64,000 nucleotides of DNA from Phoronis australis. Lineage: Eukaryota; Animalia; Phoronida. Position 1 is the stretch's first letter; every line of letters starts with the position of its first letter. The notes beneath the pieces were generated by a model that was not told the DNA's origin, ran no database searches, and saw only the letters and a list, made by a program, of their open reading frames with translations. The translations under genes were made by a program, and so were the position numbers. The stretch is from the NCBI GenBank assembly GCA_002633005.1, contig NMRA01000330.1:124001-188000 (forward strand), written 5' to 3'. Positions 11,086-25,200 of this stretch are shown here, piece by piece.

Positions 11086-14000
11086 AATAGACGACACGAT
11101 TGGCGGTGTTTATGTACAGCGAGAAGGTCATAGGCAGGCAAAGTCGCGCTGCTGGAAAATGCGCGGACGCAGTGATCGACGATGTCGTCACACGTACTTG
11201 TCCGCTTTCTCGAGATCGATTCTGGTCGTCATAAATATCAAAGTAAATTCATACTCCCTGTCATCACTAGCTTCGTCCCATCATACTTCATTAGTTTCAT
11301 CCCTATCGTCCGGTAGCCCGTGGTAAGCACGTGACCTGGAATCCTCCACATCGAGCCTCTTTTTGGACTAGGAGTACTGCCAACAGCGTGTGCATTTCGC
11401 CCCCACTCTCCCACAGAGTTTTCAAATGTGGGAATTGCGGAGGAGAGACACCAACCCGCTGCAATCAATTCATACCAATTCATTAATGTGTTGTTTCCAT
11501 TGCAAAACACGCCAACATAGCCTCGTTAAAAATCGTTTTATTCAGAATTAACCATCATGTCTATTGAGACTGACATGAACAGCAAACAGGTTAAACATTT
11601 ATTGGGGGCGGTAGTCAGATTCAAGTTTGCTTTTACACGAGTTATGTCATTATTTTAGACTATTTTAAACAGATCAACCTTTGTTTTGATAACACATAAA
11701 ACACAATGCCGTTTTTTTCCAATTTCTCTACTTATCTGGAACACAACATTCTTCAATTACGGGAGGTAGGATAGTTTTACTTTGGAAGTTTCTTAAAGCG
11801 GCATAACATCGTGTTTTTTGTCAAAAAATAATTCTTGATTAAGTCCCCTATATAGAAGATCAATGTAAAATGCGTAAATATCCTGCTTAAAAATTTATCT
11901 CTGGGCACGTTATTTCTTCAAAGATAGAGCTCATGAGATTTCAGGTCACGTCAGGTCGAAAAAAAAACATTTGTCAGTTATTCTCGAGCTCAAAGAACAC
12001 CGCCAATCTAACTAAGGAACAATCTGAGACCCATTTCATAATAGTAAGAAACCTAAATCAAAACCTGGCTTTGACAGAAAGCATGGATTTAACGGTGCTT
12101 TAAAGTTTACTACATGTATATGAGTTACTGCACAAGGAAGTTAGGCAAACGTGGGAACATAACAAAACGCAGCTGAGGCACATGAGCATCCGGATACTTC
12201 TGCTGCATGAAGAGGCTTTCCGCACTGAGGGGAGATAATTAATTACAGTGGGCGTTTTCAGAATTGTTTCACTTGTAATTTTGCTTATCAATAACAAATC
12301 AAAATCGTTTGACATACAGGTTTATGTGTAGCTTGTTTGCACGCTTGGATGGTATTATAAACAACCATAATAATTTGTGCTTCAAAAACTCACCGTTTCT
12401 GAGGCTGACCCCCACACATTTGAGACATATGAGGTAACGTGGTCTACTGGGTCGAGAGCGTAAAACGTTCTTTTTGAATACACTTGATCTTATTCAAATT
12501 TAAATTTTGAGGAAGTTACAAAATTGTTCTATATGTGTTTAATTGTACTTGTCTGGGATTCTTCCAGTTCCGGATGAAGATTTCTGGGGGCCGCGAGCTA
12601 TAAAATGTCCGGGGTCCTATTAATTACATTTTCCCCCTTTTCAATTTTCGAGCTACGCCCCTCCCCCCCCCACCCACCGTAACCACAATCTTCGAGGAGC
12701 CCTTATGGCGGCGAGACAGGGTCTCAATATTTTCCCTCTCTGGCCGCCAGTTGCCCCCTCGATTTCCAAGACTTTCAGGGTCGCTGTCATGACCACGAGA
12801 AGGGTCCCTATTTCGTGCAAGGCCTTTTACTGCATCCGCGATCTTTACTTTTCAATAGCAATATTCAGGGGGAGGGGTGAGGCGAGATGGGGCCCCCGTT
12901 TTATGTGAGGTCCCAACCTGCAGCTTCGGTAATCCTGCGCTGGATTCTACGTTGCTTCCACGAATTTCAATGTGCAATACATCATCGACATGTTATCTCA
13001 ACTGTATGACCGAGGAGAACAAGACTACAGTAGGTAAGGTGTACTCCATTAGTTTTGGCGAAGCATTTCCCCTAGAGCAGACTAGCGAATTAATAGAAAT
13101 TGAAGTCTGTTCTGTTGGTAAAGCCCTGTCTACAATGACCTCCCGCCCATAATTACGCTGACTTCTGAAAAATCTAAGATTTTCGCCTGTGCATGCTTTT
13201 GAGTAAACTAGATCTCAATTTAAAAATTGATATACATGTATGCGTGCGTGCGTGTGTGTGAACGTACGTGACGTAATTTACTAAACAAATTTCAACAAGT
13301 TCCAGTCCCTTAATTATAAGAAGCCTCTCTAACGAGGATGGAGCTCGACATTCGCCGACTTACTTCCCTTCCAAAGCCTTGCAATTTGGATTACCAGCCT
13401 CGCAAATATTTTTCCGAATTGAAATATGTCTCTGTGTAATTATGTGTTTTTTAAAACCCTCAGATACAAAATTGCTGGTCTGATGAACCGCCTGACTTCA
13501 CAGTGTTATGTTGTCGATATTTCGCCCCCCTGGTAGTCAGTGTACAGCAGCAATAACCCCAACGAAATGTCAAACTTTGGCTAACTTCAGATCATCATAT
13601 GTCATAAATGCTCATTGTACTGAAATGAAACTAAAACTTAATTTATACACTTTTCTCTAAAAGATTAGAAATTGTTAACATTTTTCACTTTCGCGTTTGT
13701 CCGGGTGCTATCGAAACCGCGGGCGTTTACAGTTTTTGTGGCGTTTCGAAATACTGATTTTCGAAACGACAACTGAGCTTTTGAGAGTGCATCTTGAATG
13801 TTTATATCAAAAGAAATTTGGTTATGCCACCAAAATCGTTCCTTTGCTAAGAACGCATCTTTGTCGGATGTTTGACAAAATGCACATACTCGCCGATAAG
13901 GTAACGCTAATTTCATGTACATTACTGCAGCCATGGTGTTGAATATTTTGCTCCTATAGGACGACTTTCTTGCCTTAGCGTTCCACAGCGTAGACCTATG

Positions 14001-15227
14001 AGCTAAAAAGTGAAACAGAAACAGACTTGTAAAGAAACCGTTATGGTTTTAATATATTATGCAAATTGACTTGAAGTGTTGACCACGTGGTCTTCATATT
14101 TGGTACCCGTATTTATGGTGAAATGAACATGTGGAAGCTTGTTGGTCATTTTTCAAAAGTTCTGACAATAGAATCCAAGTTGTTAACACATAAAAATACG
14201 GGTCGCAAATAACAACATGCAGGGTGTCATCTAAATCAAACAAGCATTTCCAGTAATTTTAATAACTGTCCATGAATAATGAAATATAAAATAATATACC
14301 ACCATTGGTTGATTTTAGGAACCATTGATTCTGAGGGTGATTGAATTAGTTATGGATAGGCCTATACCTTGCTTGTAGGAGCACCGTGAGTATGCTTATT
14401 TTAACGCATGCGCCCCATTCACCACCGTTGCTAGGGGTGTTCCTAGAAGGGTTCGATGATTGATCACAAAAATGACCACGAGTAACTTTAAAAAACGAAG
14501 ACTAGCCTTCCCAATAAGGGCCCAGGTTGCTCACTTCTAAACAACAATTGTTCTTTACTGTGATTCTGCGCTGAATATCCCCCCGGTGACAGCAACTGGT
14601 TTAAAAGCTCGCTCGGTCGCTTAGACTACGCTGGTGACAAACAAGCGGTGTTTTAGTTTTTTACTGCAACCTTTTTAAAAGCAAAAATAAGGGTAACCAA
14701 TATCGTGCTGATCTACTCATGTGAATGTCTAAATAAAGAAGCCAACATTCAGGAACCGTAGGCTGTAATTGGGCTTATACAAAGCCGACTGCGCTCTGGA
14801 AGCCGAAATGAGGCTACGTGTATCATTGCGCTGCGGAAGAAGCTGCGATGTACTACATCCTACGTCAGGGCGAAACTCAATTTTCTGGTTAGTAAAATAT
14901 ATGATTGAAAGTGATGCTCGAACATGAGTGCTCCCGTGTAAATCCAGCTCACTTTCTAACAAACAAAGCCCGGCAGTCATAATACACGTTTTACGCACCC
15001 CAAAACACAGTTCATCTACTTTAGTAAAAAACATGAGCATGACTCAGGGAAGACTCTGTCAGCCGTATGCCCTAGGTGCAGGAGACGCCGTGTTTGCGGT
15101 CCAGGAGATGTGCCTTCAACAGCGGGTGCGTAACTCATGTTCTGTGGGTGAGAGGCCGTGTTTGTGAGTTCGTGAACTGAGTTTAAAGGTTTGCGAATCG
15201 TGTTCATTAGTGCGGAGCTATGTTCAT

Positions 15228-15371
15228 CATGGGCGGCGAACCATAGGGAGCTGAGGGGCTATGGCCCCCACTTTTTTCAGCGCTACGCCGCACATGCTTT
15301 ATAGGCGGTGCACCACAGGGGGCCTGAGGGGTCTTTAGCCCCTCACTTTTTTCAAAGCTGCGCCGCCCATC
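15228..15371. mobile_element. MITE, CATGGGCGGCG family, 5-bp TSD
   Basis: Ends CATGGGCGGCG and CGCCGCCCATC; TSD TTCAT at 15223-15227 and 15372-15376. Confidence 0.75.
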
Positions 15372-16042
15372 TTCATGGGTACACGAGCAATGTTTTTCGG
15401 GTAACCTGTATTTGTCTCTCAGAACAGGATATAACAGTTTAGATGAAGTTTTAGAGACTAGCACCAAACCAGCGTTCGTTTGAGTCCCCCAATTCGGCGA
15501 ATTGGGCAAAAAGATCCGCCTCTGTGAAACAAAAAGTCCGAATAAACGAGACAAAAGTCCACAAAGCCCACAGGAATTCGACGCGGATGCACAATCCGTA
15601 GGCCTGAACCTATTGACCCCGTTTTTAGTCCTCGTTTATATTTTTCAGTAAAAGGTGAGCAAACCGAAAAATTCGAGCCCCCCTATATTTTAGCCTAGGT
15701 GCGCGCATGCATGAATCGGTTATTGTTTTAGACAGAAGGTGGGCCATGCCCAGGGCTATTTCTTCAAGGGCAAGTTGGATCAAACGTATGGAAAAATTTG
15801 CTCTGTTTACGTGAATCAGTTAGGATGTACATTACGTGTCGAATCTTTAACATAATAACAATATAGAGAATAACTGAAAACTGTGAAACAAGAATTATTA
15901 CCCCCCACATTTCAGTCATCCTTGGTGTCATAAAAATTAACATATCCACCTATTTGCTTACCAATACGGCACCAGCATAGCTGATGTCTTCAATTAAGTT
16001 GACGTGTCGACTTTTGGGGAAAATGTGATAAACGAATTCCGT

Positions 16043-16049
16043 TATAAAA
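16043..16049 (+). promoter_or_regulatory. Candidate TATA box of the toxin-like gene
   Basis: TATAAAA about 75 bp upstream of the ATG at 16122. Confidence 0.4.
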
Positions 16050-16121
16050 CGCTGCTGCATGGTAAAATTTTAGTAAGGTGCTGTTGGTGTTTCAACGAAG
16101 TACCTCGAGTCGCCTTTCAAC

Positions 16122-16203
16122 ATGGCGTCTGCTCGTATGCATTTCCGTTTGGGAGTGTGGTGCTGGTGTATACTGTTTGTTGGTGTTGCAAGCACTAGTC
16201 AAG
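16122..16203 (+). CDS. Toxin-like gene exon 1: signal peptide
   Basis: MASARMHFRLGVWCWCILFVGVASTSQ then G|gtatga; start context aacATGG. Confidence 0.8.
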
Positions 16204-19200
16204 GTATGATTCATAACTGTCTAACTCGACTATGCAAAGATGTATAAACTATGGCAATAGCTAGTATTTTCAAATTAAATGCAGGACCCATCGTGTATTT
16301 TTAGTAATTTAAAAAATTCAGTCAGTTACTGTACATTTGGTTGAGATTTTTCCGATTTAACAAAAAACTTTAGATACATCTGTATACAAACATGTTACCG
16401 GGATTTTCGTAGATAAACCTATGGGTGTATATTCATAAAATGAATCACACGTCGTGTTTTCAAATTTTATGCCAATAAATGCATAGTTCGTCAACAGCTT
16501 ATTCGTTGTTATAAATGAATAATGCTTTACAAAACTGAATTTGTGACAAACAGTTGACGCTGAGTGATGTTTTAAGAGAAAATTTTCAGAATAAACGCCC
16601 CTGGGCGTTTATGGGGCTTATTTTTCCGTATAAGCGCCCATTTGTGTTAAGTCCCAGTATACCTCAATATAATAAAGATTAAACCGGTGAACTAAATTCT
16701 CTTTGTTGGTACAAGTTAGTGGTAACTTCAACACACTGAGATACTTTTCAATGTCTCGCAGCGTGGGCTTTGAAGTGTGTGCGTGTATACGTATAGTAGG
16801 TATATATTATAAAGCTGTAATGTAGTTAAACAAATTTGTATGAAGAAATTACGGATCCGATGTTTTAGAGAACTTGGACACTAACCAAGTATATGCATGC
16901 GTAGGCTTACCAAACACGTTTTCGGGTAACAAATTGAGAGTATTTGATCTTTCATTTTTTAATCTACTACGATCCGCTTTTTGTGGAAAAAATAACTTTT
17001 GAGTTTGGCCTAAATTATTGTCTCAACCTGTTTTTCACACCAACGAAAAAGTGATCAAGAGCAAATTGAAATAAGATTGAGAACCTTACACGAATCAAAA
17101 GTTAATTTTTCATAAAAGGTGATTTCATAGCGGCCTTGATATTTTACATTAACGACATGGGCATTTACAATGTTCGGACTATAATAAATATTGTAAGACA
17201 AGGAAATAGGTTGCATGTCAATCATTTCAAAATTTTCCAATGATAATCACGACAATCAACATCTATCTATTGATTCATACGCTTTTGTCAAATCACTATG
17301 TCAACTTGATGGAAAAAACAGGAGCCGAAACCTACACCTACATCCCATAACACAATCACGATCGTTCATTTGCTCACGAGACACAGGAATGATGTGAACT
17401 AAAAAATTATATTATACAGCTTCATCGTAAACGAAGCATTATGTTTTGGTTTAGAAAAGCGTTCACGGCAGAAATATAAAACACTTTCGCCGCGAGCAAG
17501 TGGCGATTAAAAATTAGGGTGGAAACTCATAAATGAGACAATTTGCTTCTAAAACGCACATAACCAATACTCATTGGTCGATTTTATGCTAAAATAAATC
17601 GGGAAAGATCAAACAAACAAATACTGAAGATGGGCTTCGAGTTGAGATGCTGGATTTTCGAAGTGAACTTGTGGGTCTGTGATAGAAAGGAAAACAAAAT
17701 AACCGTTGTGTTTTATTTGTTGTTTTTTTTTCTACGGTGGTCCAAAGATGACATTGAAAAACAACTATTTTGAATTTTTTGAAGTTTTTATGAAATGAAA
17801 TAATTTTTCTCCTATTTGCTGAATTTTTTCAGTGAAGAAAAAGTTTTTCTCCTGTGGAAAACAATTCTCAGGGGAAAATTTTGTACATGGAGAAACTTAA
17901 ATCCTCAGAAAAAAATCTCTATGGAGAAAAAGTTTTCTTCGCTCAAAATGCCTTGTCTCCGCCAAACAAAGATCTCCACGGAGAAAGGTTTAAATTCTGT
18001 GGAAAATCTTTTCACCTGCACGATTCTATATTGTTTCAACAGAGGATCGAAGGGAATGGGTGACTGGATTTCAGAAAGTAGGAGGCTCCTGCGTGCCCGT
18101 CGGAGGACTGGCCAAACCGGGAGAACTTCCCTTTCCATTCAAGACTATGGACGAATGTGAAAAGAATAAACCTTCGACAAAATTCAACAAGAATTTACAG
18201 AGATGGGAGGGCTTCGTGCTTGATAACGGGAAATGTTTCAAGGTATGGGCGCGGTCGGCGTCCAATCCCTTCGCTTTGTCTACAAAGTCACGGTGTGAAG
18301 AACAGATGAAGGAGATGAAGACGGCCCTCGTCACTCTGGGAGGTAAGGACACTGTATGGCCCCTGATTTTATTAGGATTTGTTTAAAGTGCATGGCTGTT
18401 TTCAACAGTAGGTATACTCTCGTCCTGTCGGAGTCTGAAATATACTTTTAATGAGTAGGACAACAAGTAAATTTCTATTTGATATAGAACCCGTTGAAGC
18501 ATTACGGAATTAAATACGGTGGACTAACATTCTTTCTCGACCACAAAAGTGTTATTCCCCGGAAAGGTGATTTAGAACAGTCTTTATTTGGTACGGTACT
18601 AAATTTAATACGCTCGAAAACACCGGACTAGCAAGCGTACCAAAGTTGGTCCGATTCAGTGGCGGATTTAGAAGGGGGCCAAGGGGGCCATGCCCCCCCC
18701 TAAAATTATCCCAGATTCCATTTGGAAATTCGGGGGTACGAAAGTCTGACGGGCAAAATCTTGGCTTCATGACGCCGACGGACTTACTCGTACCGGATTG
18801 TCCGACAATGTCCATTGAGACGCAGACGATAATTCTGAGGAGCGTTCAGTAACCCTAGTGTCTTGCTAACGGAAAACAAGCAAGTTTCGCAAATTATGCC
18901 GCCACGTGTTATCGACCAGACCATGTGATTTTGGAAAAATTTCTCGCCGCGAGTTAGTTACTGAAGCTTATAGTAAGCTCCTCATACTGTAAATATCGTG
19001 TGACAAATCTCCGGCTTCGTCATTCACTAACACGCGCTCCTCCGGCCAAATGAACTGCTACTGCTTTTAAATGAAAAACTACGCTCAAAGGGAGTCTCTC
19101 AAAAATAAGGCATAGTGTTAACTAGGATGTATAAAATAGCACGCCTTCGCGCCTGCAGTTGTAAAGTCTGCCCGCAAGATTTGACGTGTGCCCCCCATTT

Positions 19201-22200
19201 GTAGCGAGCACACGGGCGGCTGGCTTCCCGCCATTTCGCCTCGTTGTCAGTGTACTGTTTCTGTCTGCTCGCTGTTCACTGTTGTCGGGTCGCTATTGTG
19301 GTACAGCGTAGTGACATCTTGTGTTTAGTACGATGACAATGGAATGTTAGCCGGGTCTGGTGACTGAGAAAGGTAACAATTTGGTAGGTTATCACGCGAC
19401 CGCAAACTGGTCCTGACCAGCTCTAATGCGAAAGCGACTATAGATGTGAGGATTCTGGAAAGAATTACACTAAATATGTAACCTCTTGTCTTTCAGATAA
19501 AGTGAAGCGGGCAGACGGTAAGTTTCGATTTCATGCTTGTTGACAATATGTATACATGCAACAATGTTTTTCAATCACCCTCTGTTGACTTTAAAAATAT
19601 TTCCTTCATTTCAATTTTATTGTTGCGGCTCATTTCCTTTGGTTGACAATTTAATTTCTTTTGGAAACTAGGCAGTTTCATTTGTGGATTTAAACATTGA
19701 ATAAACACACATTTTACAAATTCTGAATTGCCTCCCCAACCAGTCTGCCGTGAATCAAACTTCCTCAGCTAATTCGTCTATGACTTAGTTGTACGACTTT
19801 CGGCCACCAGAGGTCAGTTATGGTCTGTTGGAGAATCTGTCGTTGAACCAACACTTCCAAGGCAAACCCCCTTGATGGCCCATCGTTGGGGCGTCAAAAA
19901 TTTTTTAGAGATGCTCATTGCTCTACACAGCTTCCCAGTATCTGTCATGAATATTTATTTACGTCGCACCTAGATGGGTGAAACAAACTGGGTTCTTCGA
20001 GTTGTTTTACGACAAAGGCAGTTCATAAATCTTTTCGGGTTCTACGCGGGTCCGTTATTCTGTTCGTACAACAGTGATGTCACATTGAGGTTTGATATTT
20101 ATCGAACTCATCGAAGTTAGTACAGTTGCGTTTGCTTTCATCAAGTCGTTTCGTCATGTGCGGAACGTTAATGTGAATTTATTTCGATCTCGACTGGAGA
20201 TATTGGTTAGCTATGTTTATAGGGTGAATGCACACGCATCCCTATGCCTGAAGAGCAAGATTGAACTGACGTGTGATAACCAGAAATAATTCTCGGTTCA
20301 CATGCCAAAGCACTCACGCTAATAGCATTAATCACCAGTGATGTGAACGGGCGCAAAGGTCACTTTTGATGAGGCTTTGCTGGCCACCCCCCCCCCNNNN
20401 NNNNNNNNNNNNNNNNNNNNNNNNNNNNNNNNNNNNNNNNNNNNNNCCCCCCCCCCTCCCCGTGAAAACCACTAGCGTTTTCGCTACCACTTTTCTAGTC
20501 AGTCCAATTACTTCAAAGGACATACATTCCTCACCTAAAGCTGTCTTTGAGACCATCTAGGCCTACCTTTATTTTGTAGATCTAGCAACTGGAAAATTTG
20601 TGGTCGAATTACTGCTCACCTCATTGACGCTTGTGCATCCAGCGTTTGCAGTGTTGATACCGTTCTTGAATTTCATGTGGCCGGCCTCATCTACTAACCA
20701 GTGGGAGAAAGAACGAGCACAGGTATGACGCCGTAGTAGAACTGCTTTCAAACAGGCAGTTCCACAATCAGGGCAAGCTTTGGCTTTGAGCAAAGCAAGA
20801 TCACGTAAGTCTTGGCGAGATATCACCATGCATTAGAAGGAAAGCACGTGATCACACTATAGGTTTACGAGCTAGTCTCTTGCGGCGTCGTCCGGAAGGC
20901 GCACGTCACCGAGAAGTTTTAGAAGATTTCGCTAAATACCGTCATTTTTAACGAAAACCTAACACTATACTCCACCTTTCGCAGACGTAAGCTCTAGGCA
21001 AGAAATTCCAAGATAAATACAGAAGATATACATGGTGACGACGAGGTACTTGGAAATGGCGAGGAATAATCATTTCGTCATAATGTCGAGGAAATTATGG
21101 TAATAAAGATATTTCAAGTTTCCAGGAGGCAGATTCCCTCTAAAGTTACATTATGTACTCCTTGTTTTCCATACATTTGATATCGTGAACACGTGTTGTA
21201 TAAGAACGCAGTTACAATCTCGATTTAGCCCAGATTCTTGTAGTGCCTCACGCGGTTTTCCATACTTAAAAAAGTTATTACAAATACATTCCCAGTCTTT
21301 TTGTTTACAATATCGAGCACGTTTGGTCGAGTTGAAAATAAAGTCTGCTTCAACAGTTGGGGTAAGTCTACGAAACTAGTTTAACAGAGTTTGGCGACGC
21401 TGTTTCGTCACGGAGAGGGACAACTGGTTAAGTGGAGCTGGTGAATAAATAACCAATCAGAATACAACAAAAAAATCAGTTGCGAGACTGTTCAAAATGG
21501 TAACCCCCAAGGAAACTTTTATTAGCTAAAGCAACGCATAACACGAAGTACACACCCAGGCAATATATCTTGCACTGGCGGATCTAGTGTGTAGCGGGGG
21601 AGAGTCGACCACCGTGACAATTTCTACTACGTTTTTTTTCATCTGGAGCGTTTTTAAACGACCCTTTCAGCGATTTTGCGAATAAAGATACGGATGACAA
21701 AACCATGATTCGAAAATACAAAAAATGGCAACCAGGTGATGGAAAACCACAGCGAATCCATACGGAAATGGAAGGTCATCTTAATCTCCTTAATAGAAAC
21801 CTACATGTACATGTATTTGCCAAATTTTATTCCGAATATACAGAGTCAAACGTAAAAAATCCATTGTAGAACAAAGCCGTAGTCAGATTGATCTGCAATT
21901 CGTTATAATCCGTTGTCAGTTGCATAAGATTCTACAAAGCATTAAGGAGATACAGAAGTAGACGCAAAAACACCACTAGAAGGTGCCAAAGTATGTGTAC
22001 CAGTCCGAAAATGAAGATCAGTTGCGATCTTCTCATCAGAAACGCATTTGCTAATTTTTACAATGATCATTCGAGCGGTTTGGGGGCCAGGTAGAGGGAT
22101 GCTGGGACGCCAAAAAGGGGCTCGAATTTTTTTTTTAATTTCTCACTAGATTGCGCAGAATACGTCAAATTTGTCCGAAAATGGGAAGGCATTTGTCGCC

Positions 22201-25200
22201 ATCGGAAACTTTTACTTACCAAATTTCAGAAAAATCCATCAGCGAACTGCGAAGATACACAGGAAAACGTAAAATTGACGAACCAACTGTGGGATTGGTC
22301 GGAAACTCGTCATAATCTGCTATTTGCTCCATAAAAATATGGGTTCTTGCAAAAGTTTAAGAAGATACAGTCCGAAAATCAGTGCCACCTACCGGTCTTC
22401 TCATCAAGAAAACATCTTCATGATGACAGATGGAAAGGTGGTCACCAAAAAGCAGACTAGAAAATTATACATACGACCACTAGGTGGCGCACTTATCAAG
22501 CCGGCCAGAAATGAAAAAAGTATTGTCGTCTCCAAGTGCCATTAGGGGCGCAGCGGTAGTCGGGTGGGTACTAATTTAATTGTTATCTGTCATCAGCCGC
22601 AAAGGAACAAATTTGCCAAATCTCAGAAAGCAGGACTGGATTAACAACATAGCAGAAGTAGCATACGCTACGGGCCCCGCGCTTTTTGGGGCCCCGCGCT
22701 TTTTGGGGCCCCGCGCTTTTTAGGGCCCGCGCTTTTTGGGGCCTCACCCTTTTTGGGGCCCCTCCGCACTCTTTGGGGCCCCGCGCTCAAAACACTTTAA
22801 GAACCTCGGTATCATAAACGTATACATGTTTCATCCCTATGGAAGCACTGACCTCAGGTGATGCAAACCCGATTTGCAAAGTTTGTGTGAGGCTCCGCCG
22901 TTTTCAATATGTGTGGGGTCAAGGGCAGGCCCAACTGAGTTGGCGATGTGCAGGCTCCATAGTGCTGCTCAAAGCGTAAGCGTGCACACAAGAAACAGCT
23001 GGGCGCCAAAAGTGCAGAGAATAACCAAGTTGCCAGGAATTATCAAATTCACAGTTCGATTGGGATTGTTAAGATACAGAGCAACAAAATAAATTTCCAA
23101 TACTTAAATTTGCGGGAATTGCATTTATTTGACAAAGGTAGTATAAAGCACTAATGGCTTTTCTCGCGAGTCTCTTCTGTCTCCCGAACGACGTCCCAGG
23201 GCAGTTTGGCAAGCGTATCTCAAGTGTATTTTAATGAATCAACGTCCTTTTTAAGGTGAAAGCGATGATTAACCAAAAAATGAACGAGGCCTACGCCAAC
23301 GACTTAAAAGATTATTTGAAAGTTCTGAGGCGAGAGATCCTCAACTACAACTCCTACGCAGACACAAGTTCTCAGAAGTTGCCAAAACTTATTGCCATAG
23401 ATACAAACTTGGGCTTAAAGGAACTCAAATTTATGAACATGAAGGATCCGATTTCAACACTGACGTACTACACGAGCTACGTGTCTACGAGGTTCGCAAT
23501 AAAGCAAGAATTGATACGAATCGCTAAACCTGAAGAGAGGTAAGTTTCCTGGTGGACTTTTTACGGTTCGCTATTGTCAGCTGGAAATGTAAGTGTACTT
23601 TCTCAGCCTCCCTTTCAGAAACGCTAGGACCTGTTCTCGCTAATAGGCAAGAATTCGCGAGATTACGTGAGACATTGCCGTGCATTTTAAATGAGAACAC
23701 CTGACTTTGACTAGGTTTTAGCTAGGTCTAGCGTAGGTCCTAGCGTCTACTGAACGCACGCCCGGTTTCATTGATTGGTATTATTCAACGTGGTCGCACA
23801 ATCTATTGTAGATATCCCACCGACAACTTGTTTACCGGTCAATAGCCATTTCCCGAAGTACAGCAGCCCCATCAGATTTTGCGGTGTTTACCAACAATGT
23901 TGCATGTCTGTTGGACTCTTCTCACACAACTGCCGTGCGGCGGCGGCACCATTTAGCATCACAATAGACTCACCATTTGATATTATTATGGCAATTAAAA
24001 TGTTAACAGCTGCATGGCGGTAGTGCGGAGATGCAATGCCAAGATAAAAAAGTGAAACCCTGTGTTGAACGCCGCGATAAATCGTTCTTTTGTCCAGTTG
24101 AGGTTGGAAGGATTAGCGGCCCTTACCCCTCGAACACTTAGGGTCAATCATACAAAACGTGTTACTACCTCCTCAAAAAGAAGAATGTTGGTTTCGGGAA
24201 GGGACAATTCCTACATCCCGAAGTCATCACTATTCAGTTGCAAAGGCAAAAACAGCATTGTGTTCTATTTGAAATATACAGAAAATAATTGCAAGGCGTC
24301 TGGTACACGTTGTAACTGACATGCACAGGCCGCTTAGATGGGCCGATTGCACTGATCACGAGGAACTATTTGTATGCTTTACTAAAGCTAGACATCTGAC
24401 TCAAGCGTCTAGCAGTGTGCCCCAGCGAACACTAGTCCAACTAGATCAGACTGCCTCCTCCTTGAAATATGTAAGACCGCTAAAACACTTCTGCCATCGA
24501 GTCAGACAAGTGACGTTTCATTGTGCCTCTTCATTTTTTGGTTATCTATGTGTACTCTGCAACTCACTGTTTAACAGGGAAGCTGTATCAGAATTACAAA
24601 TGGCAAACTAATGTAAAGTAGTGACTTGCGTGGCAGCAGTGTGCAGCTCTGCAGGAAGTACCCAGCGGATGAGTAGCATTGTGGGTAAATGGCACAGGAT
24701 CAGATTGGCGCTTTGTATTGTAGGTTATAGTGATTGACCATGCTGTAGGCATACATTGTATACGTGAGGAATTATTTCCATGGATCTTAAAAAGTGAATC
24801 ACAGTGGGTGAACTGACTAAAATACAATTACTTTTATAAACTTGTGACTGGATTTCAAAAGTTCATTAATTTTTGCTTGGTTGAATTTCGGCTGAGCACA
24901 ATATACAATACAATCCACTACAATATAACACACGAAAAGAAACGGTCAAACACACAAAGTAGATTGCCTAAGGTCCTTACATGATATTTTACCGCTATTT
25001 GATTGTTTTACTGTGTTTAAAATGTGTTTAACATTTGGTTTAAAAAGCAACTTTAACTTCAAACAGATAATTTTGCAAAAACAAGTTCACACACTTTCAA
25101 TGCAATGTTGCTTGTCAATGAGCTCTTAAGGAAAAAGACCTTATTTCTAACATTTTGAGTACACGACGATTCACAGAACGCAATATCGTAACCCTGTAGG

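Noticed and set aside
11100-11520. Possible THAP remnant (RESGQVRVTTSSITASAHF) fused to the LINE ORF
   Set aside because: The key cysteines are absent and the similarity is too weak. The ORF at 10709-11191 is a chance read-through across the LINE 5' truncation.
20985-21110. Alternative exon between toxin exons 4 and 5
   Set aside because: All frames from the pyrimidine-rich acceptor hit stops, and exon 20580-20722 already bridges the phases and supplies the WP/WE motif.
22005-22050. Minus-strand CTGATGA followed by a GAAGATC/GATCTTC stem (hammerhead-like)
   Set aside because: No GAAA or UH core follows the stem.
22478-22491. CTCF-like motif CCACTAGGTGGCGC
   Set aside because: It lies within a probable decayed repeat, and a single motif match gives no functional support.
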